Of a stretch of DNA of 64,000 nucleotides, positions 27,400-36,318 are shown one piece after another. Under the pieces are notes generated by a model. It did not search any database and was not told the origin of the DNA. It saw only the letters and a program-made list of their open reading frames with translations. Made by a program: the position numbers and the translations under genes. This DNA is from Candidatus Dormiibacterota bacterium (GTDB taxonomy: Bacteria > Chloroflexota > Dormibacteria > Dormibacterales > Dormibacteraceae): assembly GCA_035279525.1 (NCBI GenBank), contig DATEHQ010000182.1, positions 2,991 to 66,990 on the forward strand. Reading direction: 5' to 3'. Each line of letters begins with the position of its first letter. The stretch's first letter is position 1.

Positions 27400-27726
27400 T
27401 CAGCGGCTGAGGACTTGCTCCAGCTGGCGCTTGTTCATCCTGGACCGGCCGTGGACGCCCCTTTGCCGGGCCTCGTTGCGCAGCTGGTCGTAGGTCCTTC
27501 CACCAGAACGCTGATGGGAGCGAAGCCCGCCGCGCCGGCCTGACGAGATGTCGTCCACCGAAGTCCGGCTTGCTGCTTTGGTCTCGCCATGACGTGCTCG
27601 TTCCTTGTTGACGGTCCGGGCCGCGATCTCCTCCGCCTTGTCATCCCCAGTCCCGCGCTCTACAAGTCCTTCCTTGATGTGCTCGTACTGGCGTTCCCGC
27701 TTGTCGCTCCAGGCTTGCTGCGGCAT
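27400..27726 (-). CDS. Small basic protein with a C-terminal Rho_N/SAP-like helix pair
   Basis: A GGAGG RBS sits 9 nt upstream of ATG 27726. The C-terminus TYDQLRNEARQRGVHGRSRMNKRQLEQVL resembles the Rho N-terminal/SAP-like motif. Confidence 0.6.
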   Translation of the reverse strand: MPQQAWSDKRERQYEHIKEGLVERGTGDDKAEEIAARTVNKERARHGETKAASRTSVDDISSGRRGGLRSHQRSGGRTYDQLRNEARQRGVHGRSRMNKRQLEQVLSR

Positions 27727-27758
27727 GCGAACGCACCTCCCTTGGATGGTTTTCTTTC

Positions 27759-28289
27759 TTGACAACGCGCGGGCAATCCATTCGACTGAGCGCCGCCTTG
27801 CAGCAGACGACCTACGACCAGGTGCGCACGCTCTATCGTGCGCTCCTGGTTTTTGCCACCGTGGGCGTCCTGATCCTGGTGGCCGGGCTGGTCGAGTTCG
27901 CGTACTTCGAACCGCCCGGCCAGTCCAGCGGCTTGCACGCTCGGATCGTGGGTGTCTTTGCTTACGACCCGGGCACCGGGATGGTCAAGGGAGCGGATCA
28001 GCCGGAGTTCTCGCGGACGGACCAGTTCGCCGCCGTGGTCGACTGGTCGAGCCTGCCGCCCGGCACCGCTGTCGACGCGCGCTGGTACGACAGTTTTGGC
28101 GACATCGTCGGTCGGGCCGGGCCGGCCACGGCCGGCCAGCTGGCGAACCAGGGCGTCGTACCGGTGATCGTGCCCAAGGGTCTCCAGCACAGCCTCGCCG
28201 GGCACTACACGTTCGTGGTCGAGCGTCTGTCCGGCGGCGTGCCGGTCGAGGTCCTTGGGCGCCGCATCGTCCTGGTCAGGCGCGCGTGA
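27759..28289 (+). CDS. Hypothetical membrane-anchored extracytoplasmic protein
   Basis: N-terminal TM helix (ALLVFATVGVLILVAGLV) followed by a beta-rich domain. The stop overlaps the prsW-like GTG (GTGA). The start is uncertain (TTG 27759 or GTG 27822). Confidence 0.5.
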   Translation: MTTRGQSIRLSAALQQTTYDQVRTLYRALLVFATVGVLILVAGLVEFAYFEPPGQSSGLHARIVGVFAYDPGTGMVKGADQPEFSRTDQFAAVVDWSSLPPGTAVDARWYDSFGDIVGRAGPATAGQLANQGVVPVIVPKGLQHSLAGHYTFVVERLSGGVPVEVLGRRIVLVRRA

Positions 28290-29662
28290 TCACGACCACC
28301 ACTCCGCCCGCCGCCAACCCACAACCCAGGCTGCGCCCGGGCCGCTACTGGATCGCGATCGCGCTCACCGCCGTCCTCGTGGCCGCGCTCGTCGCCAGCT
28401 CCGTCCTCAACTACGTCTTCCTCGACACGATTCCGGCCCGGACGTCCCTCTATGGACTGCTCGCTGTCGCAACCATCGCGCTTGGCACGTTCATCCTGGT
28501 CCGGGCGTTCGACCGCGACCGCGCGATGCGCCGCCGGCACCTGATCCGCGCCGGCGTCCTGATCGGGTTCGGCGTCCTTCTGTGGCTGCTGCTCATCGAC
28601 GTGTTCCTTTTCACTCAATCGGCCGGGCCCGGGGTGGCCGCGATCTGCGCGCTGGCGTGCCTGCCGACCACGGGATTCGGGCTGTTCGTGGTGCGCCGAA
28701 TGGACCGCAACGAGAAGGAGCCCTGGCGCCTGGTCCTGGTCGCGGCGGCCTGGGGCGCGATCGTGGCGACATGCCTTGTGGTCTGGGGCGAAAGCGTCTG
28801 GGAGGAGACCGCGCAGCGAAGCCTCGTGCCGGGGCCTGGGCTCGACGCGTCGATCGCATTCATGGCCGGCGTGCTGGAGGAGCTGGCCAAGGGAAGTGCG
28901 GTGGTCCTGCTCTTCCTGGTCATGCGCAAGGACTTCGACGACGTGGTCGACGGAATCGTCTACGGAGCGGCCGTGGGGCTTGGCTTCAACTTCATGGAAT
29001 CCATCACCTACATGACAAGCCTCTACTCGATCTTTTCTCCTGAGGGCGTCGGTGGGTTCGCGGCCGGATTCCAGTGGTACGCGCGGCAGGTGCTGGGTCT
29101 CTTCTTCGGCCACGCCACCTACACGGCTTACATCGGCGCGGGGATCGGCGTCGCCCGGCAGCTCGCGTCGCGGCGGCAGAAGGCCTTTGCCGTCGGGGCT
29201 GGATTCACCGTCGCCATCGCCGCCCATTTCGCCTGGGACGCATGGATCGCCTTCTTTCCGATCGGGAGCGGGCTGTTCGGGCTCGTCGAGATCCACATGC
29301 GCACGCTGGTGGTGAACGGGCCATTCACCGCGGGGATCATCGCGCTCCTGATATTCGGCATTCGTTACGAGGGCCAGAACCTGGCGGCCCAGTTTCGCAA
29401 GGAGGCGGACGACCCGCGCGGCGTGATTCGACCGGAGGAGGTGGCCATCCTCACGAGTCCGTGGCAGAGGCTCAGGCATCGTCTCGGGGCGCTGAGCCGT
29501 GGCGGTTGGCGCGCGTATTTCAGACTCGCCCGCCTCCAGTCGGCGCAGCTCGACCTGGCCATGGAGCGCTGGCACCGAGAGCGGAAGGAGATCGAGACGC
29601 CGCTGGAGGCAGAGGAGCGGCTGCGCCGGCGGGTGCTCGAGCTGCGCCGCCAGGGTTCTTGA
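28286..29662 (+). CDS. prsW: PrsW-family intramembrane glutamic/metallo-protease
   Basis: Polytopic protein with the EELAKG motif, GLGFNFMES and later His-containing helices (FGHATYTAYIG). It has a long charged C-terminal tail. Confidence 0.75.
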   Translation: MITTTTPPAANPQPRLRPGRYWIAIALTAVLVAALVASSVLNYVFLDTIPARTSLYGLLAVATIALGTFILVRAFDRDRAMRRRHLIRAGVLIGFGVLLWLLLIDVFLFTQSAGPGVAAICALACLPTTGFGLFVVRRMDRNEKEPWRLVLVAAAWGAIVATCLVVWGESVWEETAQRSLVPGPGLDASIAFMAGVLEELAKGSAVVLLFLVMRKDFDDVVDGIVYGAAVGLGFNFMESITYMTSLYSIFSPEGVGGFAAGFQWYARQVLGLFFGHATYTAYIGAGIGVARQLASRRQKAFAVGAGFTVAIAAHFAWDAWIAFFPIGSGLFGLVEIHMRTLVVNGPFTAGIIALLIFGIRYEGQNLAAQFRKEADDPRGVIRPEEVAILTSPWQRLRHRLGALSRGGWRAYFRLARLQSAQLDLAMERWHRERKEIETPLEAEERLRRRVLELRRQGS

Positions 29663-29768
29663 CAGGCTGGGTTGCGCTGCTTCGTTTTTCGTGGTGCCCT
29701 GTGGAGCAGGCGTGCCGGTTGGGGGTGGGACCGGCCCGGGAGGAGGGTGGGCCCGCGGCCGGGATTGG

Positions 29769-30305
29769 CTACGCGGGGAGGCGCCCCCAGAGCGCCCGGG
29801 CCAGGCCCAACGCGCCGAGCGCCGCGGCGGTCGCCCAGGTGATGGCCGACACCGCCGGATCGCTGAAGTCGGTTCCCGCCAGCAGCGCGTGGACGAAGAT
29901 CAGGCCGAACGCCACGTAGGCGAGGCGGTGGACCCAGAGCCACAGGTCCTTACCCATGCGCCGCTTGAGCAATGCCGCCACCGTCACCACCGCCAACACG
30001 TCCAGCGAAAGCGCCCCGAGGCCGATTCCCAACGTGCCATAAGAAGAGTGAAAGGGCACTACCACGTCGAGCCACCCGACTCGCGCCGTCGCGTCGAGCA
30101 GCAGTGACGCGACGTGAAGCGTCGCCAGCGGAATCCACAGCGCGGTCGAGTATTCGTGGAGCGAACGGATGGCGCGATTGCTGCCGAGCCAGTCGAGCAC
30201 GGCCGACCGGAGCGCGATGCCGGTGATCAAGGAAATTGCCAGCGCGGCGTAGGAGCTCAGGCCCGCCACGCGAGCCATGACCCAGAAGAACTGGTCGGTC
30301 GTCAC
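29769..30305 (-). CDS. Ferric-reductase-like / MsrQ-like di-haem transmembrane protein
   Basis: Six hydrophobic helices with paired His residues (SLHEYS..ATLHVASL and LWVHRLAY..FVHALL). The GTG 30305 start overlaps the apbE stop (GTGA). Confidence 0.65.
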   Translation of the reverse strand: MTTDQFFWVMARVAGLSSYAALAISLITGIALRSAVLDWLGSNRAIRSLHEYSTALWIPLATLHVASLLLDATARVGWLDVVVPFHSSYGTLGIGLGALSLDVLAVVTVAALLKRRMGKDLWLWVHRLAYVAFGLIFVHALLAGTDFSDPAVSAITWATAAALGALGLARALWGRLPA

Positions 30306-31120
30306 GGGCTCAGCCACCACGCGAGCGCATGTCGCGCGCAGTAGGCCGGAGCGATTTCGGGACCTCCGATGAGCGCGGTCTTCGCGACTACCTCCGCCTC
30401 GACGCCGGACGCCGCAACGACGGAAACCTCTTCCAGCCCACTCCTCGACGGAAGCCCGGTTCGTGGGTCGACCAGGTGATGCGCCTCTCCCCAACGCCGC
30501 CGTCTCACGCTGCTCGTCGCCGCTCCCTGGTCGCGCAGCAGCAGCGTCAGCCCCGCCATGGAAACGGGCCAGCCCGCGCCCGCGGGACCGCCACCCCTGG
30601 CCATGAGGTCGCCGCCCAGGTTGACCAGTGAGTTGGGGCCGATGATCTCGGTCAAACGGTCCGCCATCCAGCCCTTGGCGATGCCGCCGAGGTCCAGCCC
30701 GCTCCCGTTCTCCAACCGGGCCTCACCGTCGCGTACTGAGAGCACCGACGGCAGGGAGGGCGCGGGCCGGCACAGCGCGAGGGTGGCCACCGGTTCGCCC
30801 TCCGCAAGCGGCCGTGAGTACCCGATGGCGACCATCGATGGCAGCACGGCCACGTTGACCAGCCCGCCGCTCATGTCAAAAGCGCGCAGCGATTCACGCA
30901 GCAGCGATTCGAGCTCGGGGCTGATTTCGCACCAGGTCCCGGCGCCCCTGTTCAGTCGGGCGAGCTCGCTTTGCTCCGAGAACCTCGTGAAGCGCGCGCC
31001 CATGCGCCGGACCCAGAGCTCGGCTTCGGTCAGCCGGCCTCGGGGCCTTTCGGCGAAGACGCTGCATGTCGTTCCCAGCGCCTCGAAACGATGGGCGCCG
31101 ACATCGGTGTCAGGAGGCAT
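30302..31120 (-). CDS. apbE: FAD:protein FMN transferase (ApbE family)
   Basis: GLDLGGIAKGWMADRL and HHLVDPRTGLP are ApbE hallmarks. No N-terminal signal or lipobox is visible. Confidence 0.85.
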   Translation of the reverse strand: MPPDTDVGAHRFEALGTTCSVFAERPRGRLTEAELWVRRMGARFTRFSEQSELARLNRGAGTWCEISPELESLLRESLRAFDMSGGLVNVAVLPSMVAIGYSRPLAEGEPVATLALCRPAPSLPSVLSVRDGEARLENGSGLDLGGIAKGWMADRLTEIIGPNSLVNLGGDLMARGGGPAGAGWPVSMAGLTLLLRDQGAATSSVRRRRWGEAHHLVDPRTGLPSRSGLEEVSVVAASGVEAEVVAKTALIGGPEIAPAYCARHALAWWLSP

Positions 31121-31340
31121 AGGTCGAGGTCACCGGCTGAACGGTGCTCGGTGTAACGGATGGGCCCACTGTGAGGTTGCCACCGAAAGCGTTGACTTGC
31201 GCACCGTTCGATGACGTGAGCACGGCCGGACGCAGAGGCGCTGCTGGGTTCTTGAGGTGCGCCGTCACGTAAAACGCCGAGAGCGCGGTGGCAGCGACAG
31301 TCAGACAAGTCGCTCCCGCCTTCAGGACGAGCGACCGCAT
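31110..31340 (-). CDS. Small signal-anchored/secreted protein (76 aa)
   Basis: MRSLVLKAGATCLTVAATALSAFYV signal-like N-terminus. Its ATG overlaps the DUF1501 stop (TGATG) and its 3' end overlaps the apbE start by 11 nt. No recognisable domain. Confidence 0.45.
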   Translation of the reverse strand: MRSLVLKAGATCLTVAATALSAFYVTAHLKNPAAPLRPAVLTSSNGAQVNAFGGNLTVGPSVTPSTVQPVTSTYAS

Positions 31341-32635
31341 CACACGGCCACTGGCGCGTTCAGGAACGGCACGCGGTCGAAGCTCGAGCCGAGGATCTGC
31401 GACGCGTCGGCACCCAGATGCCCACTGAGGATCTCCTGGTAGACCGAGCGAAAATCGACCGCGTACTTGAGATTGCCCGTCGAGTCCAGGGTGGTGAGGC
31501 TCGGCTCCTCCCCGTACAGGCCGCCCTTCACCGGGTCGCCCATCAGGAGCAGCGGCGCCGCCGCCCCGTGGTCGGTGCCGCCGCTCGCATTCTCCTTGGG
31601 CCGCCGACCAAACTCGGACCATGTCGCGATCAGGACCTTGTCCGACATGCCGTGCGCGGCCAGGTCCTGGTAGAAGGCGCCGACCGCGGAATCGAGGTAG
31701 CCCATCAGGTCGTCGTGTCGGTTGAGCTCTGTGTAATGGGTGTCGAAACCGCCGAGGGTGACATGCAGCAGTTTGACGCCTGTGCCGGTGACGATCAGCT
31801 CCGCGGCCAGCTGCAGCGCCGCCGCCAGCTGGTTCTTCGAGGAATAGACCAGCTTCACCTTGTCGGAGTAGTCAGCCATCGGCTGGTAGCTCGCCGCAGA
31901 GGTGCGCAAGGTAGTCATCGTCTCGGTCGCGGTGGAGATCGCCGTGTCGAAGAGCGCGCCATAGATTCCGGGCGTCCCTTTGTAGAGCGCGCCGACAGCC
32001 GCCTCGACCTCGCCGCCACCGGTGAAGCCGAAAGTCTTCTGGTTTTGAATCACCGTCATGGTCGCCTGAAGGTCGCGCAGCGCTCCAGGTACGTCAGTCG
32101 CGCCGCAGGCGCACCCGGTCAGCGGGTGACCGTTCGAGTCGTACGCGGTTGCCAGGGTGCGGCCGAGCCAGCCGTCGACCTGGCGGCGTGTCGGGTCACC
32201 GGTCTCCCAGATCCGAATCGACTCGAAATGCGAGAACGTCGGGTTCGGATAGCCGACGCCCTGCACGATGGCAACCTTGCCCTTGTCCCACAGGCCTTTG
32301 ATGCCCGCCAGGTTGTGGTTCAGCCCGTACTGGTTGTTGAGCGGCAGCGCTTTCGAGACCATGGGGCCGGCGAGCTTCGGCCGCAGGTCGTACAGGGTGG
32401 GGTCTGCCAGGGGCACGACGGTTCGCAGGCCGTCATTTCCGCCGGCGAGTTGGATCATGACCAGCACGTTCTCGTTCGTGATGCCTTCCTGTTTGGCGGC
32501 GTAAACCGCCCGGGCAAAGGCGTCCGGCACCGCGGCGTAGCCGGCCGCCAGCCCTGAAGCCCCGGCGCCGAAGACAAGGCCGGCGCGCAGAAAATCGCGC
32601 CTCTTGAGCTGATTGATTCCGATCTCTTCACTCAT
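31340..32635 (-). CDS. DUF1501-family (sulfatase-fold) protein with a Tat signal
   Basis: Twin-arginine motif KRRDFLRAGLVFGAGA. Conserved GGNDGLR-like GGNDGLRTV, GGFDTH and GTDHG blocks, as remembered for DUF1501. Confidence 0.8.
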   Translation of the reverse strand: MSEEIGINQLKRRDFLRAGLVFGAGASGLAAGYAAVPDAFARAVYAAKQEGITNENVLVMIQLAGGNDGLRTVVPLADPTLYDLRPKLAGPMVSKALPLNNQYGLNHNLAGIKGLWDKGKVAIVQGVGYPNPTFSHFESIRIWETGDPTRRQVDGWLGRTLATAYDSNGHPLTGCACGATDVPGALRDLQATMTVIQNQKTFGFTGGGEVEAAVGALYKGTPGIYGALFDTAISTATETMTTLRTSAASYQPMADYSDKVKLVYSSKNQLAAALQLAAELIVTGTGVKLLHVTLGGFDTHYTELNRHDDLMGYLDSAVGAFYQDLAAHGMSDKVLIATWSEFGRRPKENASGGTDHGAAAPLLLMGDPVKGGLYGEEPSLTTLDSTGNLKYAVDFRSVYQEILSGHLGADASQILGSSFDRVPFLNAPVAV

Positions 32636-32645
32636 TTGCGTGCAC

Positions 32646-34133
32646 CTACTTGAGCTGGAATTCCGGGGAGGCCAGGATGATGAACCAGCGCGATCGATCA
32701 TCGGCGGCCTGGTCGAAGAGCAGCGCTGTCTGCCGGCTCACGATGCCGTCGAGGTGTGTTCGCACCGCGTCGGCAGCCGATGGAAGCGAGCTCTTCTGCA
32801 GGGCGAGGATCGAGGTCGCGAAGTTGACGCGCTCGACGACCGTGTTCGAGGAGATCCACGACTCGTTGTTCGGCCAACCGCTGACGTCGGGGGGATCAAA
32901 GAGCGCCTGGCCCATGCCAGATCCGGCAGCCCCGATCAGCTTCGCCGATTTGGCCACGCCTGCAGCCTGAGCGGCGTGAACCATGAACTCGGTCGGCGTC
33001 TTGACCAGCGTGCGGTAGCCCTGGTCGGCGACGAACTCAGGGCTGGTCAGGATGGCGCGGAACAGCGTCTTCATGTCATAGCCGCTCTTGCGGAACGTGT
33101 CCGCCAGGTTTTTGACGTAGTTGCCGTCGGGACGCGCATTCACGAAGTGCTGCGCCAGCTTGTTGGCGATGAATCCGGCCGTCGCGGGTTGGGCGAGGAT
33201 CCGGTCGATGACACCCTGCGTGTCCAGCGGTCCGGTGTGGCCGAGGTATGTGACGCTGCCTCGATATGCGCGCCGCTGGTTGAAGACTCCGGACTTTTGG
33301 GTCGAGTAGACCGGGAGCGTGCGCGTGACGTTGTTGGCGACGGCGACGCTCGCGAAGGAGTCGGGCCGCGGCAATTGCCACCCGGCGAGCGCCTTCGCGC
33401 TCTCACGCACATCGTCCTCTGTGTAGTTGCCTGGCCCCATCGTGAAGAGCTCCATCACTTCGCGCGAGTAGTTCTCATTGGGACTCTGGCCGGTTGAAGT
33501 GGCGAGGTCCAGGTAGCGGAGCATCGCCGGATCTGTCGTCACCTGCATCAGCATCGACCGCAGGTTGGTCATGCCCATGCGACGCCATGTGAGGTTCTGC
33601 CAGTACATGAACGTGTCGTCGGCGGCCTTGCGGTAGTCGCTCGTGAAGTGGCCGTGCCAGAAAAGCGTCATTCGCTCGGCGAAAGGAGTCGGCGTCGTCA
33701 GCATGTGGTCGATCCACCACTGCTGCAGCTGTCCGATCGCGAAGCGGCCACCTGGGGTGCTGGCGGCCGCGAGCGCCGGCGGTTCGGCGGGGTGGCTCTC
33801 GATCAGGCGGTCGACTGTCTTGCTGAAGCCGTCCGAAAGGGCGCTCTCGAGCTGCGAGGACGTGTATCCGAAAGTCGTTCGGCGCAGCAGCTGCATCACG
33901 CGCGCCGATTCGGTGCCGAGGGGCGAAACCCAGTCCGAGGTTGAGGTCTGGAACGGGTTGGCGAGCTTCTGCATCGAACCACCGAGCAGGCGGACAGCGC
34001 CGACCGCGACACCTGTGGCGAGGGCGGCGGCCAGAGCCTGCCGGCGAGTGATGCCGCGGCGTGGGGTGACAGTAGAGCCGGACGCGGGGTCGATCTTGTC
34101 TTCGATTGGTGCGAGGCTCACGGGTCCATTCAA
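32646..34133 (-). CDS. DUF1800-family protein
   Basis: Canonical partner of DUF1501. Blocks ERMTLFWHGHF, DPAMLRYLD and NENYSREVMELFT. The start codon is uncertain (TTG 34133 or GTG 34121). Confidence 0.75.
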   Translation of the reverse strand: MNGPVSLAPIEDKIDPASGSTVTPRRGITRRQALAAALATGVAVGAVRLLGGSMQKLANPFQTSTSDWVSPLGTESARVMQLLRRTTFGYTSSQLESALSDGFSKTVDRLIESHPAEPPALAAASTPGGRFAIGQLQQWWIDHMLTTPTPFAERMTLFWHGHFTSDYRKAADDTFMYWQNLTWRRMGMTNLRSMLMQVTTDPAMLRYLDLATSTGQSPNENYSREVMELFTMGPGNYTEDDVRESAKALAGWQLPRPDSFASVAVANNVTRTLPVYSTQKSGVFNQRRAYRGSVTYLGHTGPLDTQGVIDRILAQPATAGFIANKLAQHFVNARPDGNYVKNLADTFRKSGYDMKTLFRAILTSPEFVADQGYRTLVKTPTEFMVHAAQAAGVAKSAKLIGAAGSGMGQALFDPPDVSGWPNNESWISSNTVVERVNFATSILALQKSSLPSAADAVRTHLDGIVSRQTALLFDQAADDRSRWFIILASPEFQLK

Positions 34134-34398
34134 TCCCCGGGGGCCGTAGGTGGCATTACCCGGATGTGAAGAATTCGTAAGCGCTGGCCGATCCGGCGAG
34201 CAGGTCGACCCGCGGAATCGTCCCCTCGCCGGGTCTTAACCGGCTGGCTTGTGCTGCTAGGCGGGCAGTCCTAGGCTCGCGGGGTACGGTGGGTCGGGCT
34301 GGGGGAGGGAGCCCACGGGAGAGGGAGGGCCCGGCAGTGATGCGCCCGAGCGGGGTTTTGGCGCTCCGATGCTCGCGAATGCTAGGCTTTGGAGGCAA

Positions 34399-34794
34399 AT
34401 GCCTAGCTACCGCCTCGGTCAGGCCGCCAAGATGCTGGGGGTCAGCTCCGACACCGTCCGCCGCATGGTGGATGACGGGCGGCTGACGGCCGCGCGGACC
34501 ACGGGCGGCCAGCGCCTGGTCGATGGGACCTCGCTGGCACGGCTCGCCAAGCCCGGCCGCCCGAAGGAGCACGAGGTCTTCGTGGCGCAATCGGCTCGCA
34601 ACCGGTTTGCGGGCATCGTCACTCGAGTGATCAAGGACCGTGTCGCGGCGCAGGTCGAGATCCAGGCCGGCCCTCATCGCCTTGTCTCGCTGCTGACGCG
34701 GGAGGCCGTCGACGAGCTCAAGCTGAAGCCGGGAATGCCGGCCGTCGCCGTGGTCAAGGCCACCAACGTCGGCGTGGAGCTGCCCCGTGACTAG
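34399..34794 (+). CDS. Molybdate-responsive regulator-like protein (MerR/excisionase-type HTH plus TOBE/Mop domain)
   Basis: The HTH is YRLGQAAKMLGVSSDTVRRMVDDG. The C-terminal Mop/TOBE pattern is SARNRFAGIVTRV...AQVEI...LLTREAVDELKLKPG..VVKATNV. It lies directly upstream of modABC. Confidence 0.8.
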   Translation: MPSYRLGQAAKMLGVSSDTVRRMVDDGRLTAARTTGGQRLVDGTSLARLAKPGRPKEHEVFVAQSARNRFAGIVTRVIKDRVAAQVEIQAGPHRLVSLLTREAVDELKLKPGMPAVAVVKATNVGVELPRD

Positions 34795-35539
34795 GAAGGC
34801 GCCGGCTCTTTTCGCAGTCGCCCTTGTTCTGGCCGCCTGCGGCACAGCGTCGAACGGAAACTCGCCGAAAGCATCCGCGATCACCGTCTTCGCCGCCGCC
34901 TCCCTGCAGCCGCCGTTCGACAGGATCGGCCGGCAGCTCAAGAGCAGCCAGAACCTCACGACCACGTTCAGCTACGCCGGGACACAGACCCTCACCGCCC
35001 AGCTGCAGCAGGGTGCGCAGGCAGACGTCTTCGCTTCTGCCGACACGACCCACATGACAACGCTGCAGAGTGGCGGCCTGATCGCCGGCGCACCGACGGT
35101 CTTTGCCCACAACCGCCTCGAGATCGCGGTCGCCAAGGGCAACCCGAAAGGCATCCACACGCTCGCCGACCTGGCACGCTCGGGGCTGGTGGTGGTCCTC
35201 GCCGACCCCTCCGTCCCGGCCGGCAAATACGCCGCGCAGGCGCTCGCCAGGGCGGGAGTCAAGGTCAAGCCCGCCAGCCTCGAACTCCAGGTCACCGCCG
35301 TACTGAACAAGGTGGCCCTCGGTGAGGCCGACGCCGGGATCGTCTATGTCAGCGACATCGTCACGAGCGGAAAAGTGGATGGCGTCGCGATCCCGGACAA
35401 TCAGAACGTGATCGCCGTCTACCCGATCGCGGCCCTCAAGACGGCGCAGAACTCGGCGGGATCGATGACCTTCATCACCTTTTTGCTCTCTTCCGGCGGC
35501 CAGGCCATCCTGAAATCGGCGGGCTTCGCCCCAGCGTGA
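34787..35539 (+). CDS. modA: Molybdate ABC transporter substrate-binding lipoprotein
   Basis: Lipobox LVLAACG. ModA-like blocks (VFAAASL, FSYAGTQTL, DVFASAD, AGIVYVSD). Confidence 0.85.
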   Translation: MTRKAPALFAVALVLAACGTASNGNSPKASAITVFAAASLQPPFDRIGRQLKSSQNLTTTFSYAGTQTLTAQLQQGAQADVFASADTTHMTTLQSGGLIAGAPTVFAHNRLEIAVAKGNPKGIHTLADLARSGLVVVLADPSVPAGKYAAQALARAGVKVKPASLELQVTAVLNKVALGEADAGIVYVSDIVTSGKVDGVAIPDNQNVIAVYPIAALKTAQNSAGSMTFITFLLSSGGQAILKSAGFAPA

Positions 35540-36318
35540 GCCGGCCGCGGATACCGCCCGCGCTGGGCCTGCTCGCGGGACTCGGACTCCTCTTCTTCCT
35601 CCTCCCCCTCGCCGGCCTCGTCGTCCGCGCGCCCTGGGACCAGCTCGGGACAGCCCTCACCGCGCCCGAGACCGGTACCGCGCTCGAGCTGTCACTCTTC
35701 TGCTCGCTGACGGCGACGGCCACCGCCCTCGTCCTTGGCATCCCGCTCGCGCTCCTCCTCTCGCGGACCACCGGCGCGCTCCGCAGAGGGCTGCGCGCCC
35801 TGACCACGCTACCGATGGTCTTACCGCCTGTCGTTGGCGGCGTTGCTCTGCTGCTCGCGTTTGGCCGGCGCGGCCTGTTCGGCCAGGTGCTTTACGAGGT
35901 GCTCGGCGTCCAGATCCCCTTCACCACGGCCGCCGCGGTCATGGCAGAAACCTTTGTCGCCATGCCCTTTCTCGTCATCGCGGTCGAAGGTGGGCTGCGC
36001 TCGCTCGATCAGCGTTATGAAGAAGCGGCTCGCGCGCTTGGCGCCGGCAGCATGCGGGTATTCTTCCGCGTCACCTTGCCGCTGCTGCGACCGGCCATCT
36101 TCTCTGGCGCAGTGCTTTGCTGGGCGCGAGCCCTCGGCGAATTCGGGGCCACCATCACATTCGCGGGCAACCTGCCCGGCCGCACCGAAACGGTGCCGAT
36201 CGCCGTATACGTTGCCCTCGAGACGAATCCCGACGGCGCCATCGTGCTCAGCCTCATCCTGCTCGCGGTCTCGGTCGCGATCCTGGTCGGCATGCGCGAT
36301 CGCTGGCTCGGCGTATGA
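35536..36318 (+). CDS. modB: Molybdate ABC transporter permease
   Basis: Polytopic protein with an EAA-loop region (EEAARALGAGSMRVFFRVTLP). Its start overlaps the modA stop and its stop overlaps the modC start. Confidence 0.85.
   Translation: MSRPRIPPALGLLAGLGLLFFLLPLAGLVVRAPWDQLGTALTAPETGTALELSLFCSLTATATALVLGIPLALLLSRTTGALRRGLRALTTLPMVLPPVVGGVALLLAFGRRGLFGQVLYEVLGVQIPFTTAAAVMAETFVAMPFLVIAVEGGLRSLDQRYEEAARALGAGSMRVFFRVTLPLLRPAIFSGAVLCWARALGEFGATITFAGNLPGRTETVPIAVYVALETNPDGAIVLSLILLAVSVAILVGMRDRWLGV

Noticed and set aside
28205-29575. 456-aa minus-strand ORF
   Set aside because: It is antisense to the PrsW-family gene, with a charged low-complexity translation.
34134-34398. Moco riboswitch upstream of the molybdate regulon
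   Set aside because: I could not match the conserved Moco motif by eye, and the first gene is a protein regulator. It is left as a low-interest hairpin observation that needs an Infernal scan.
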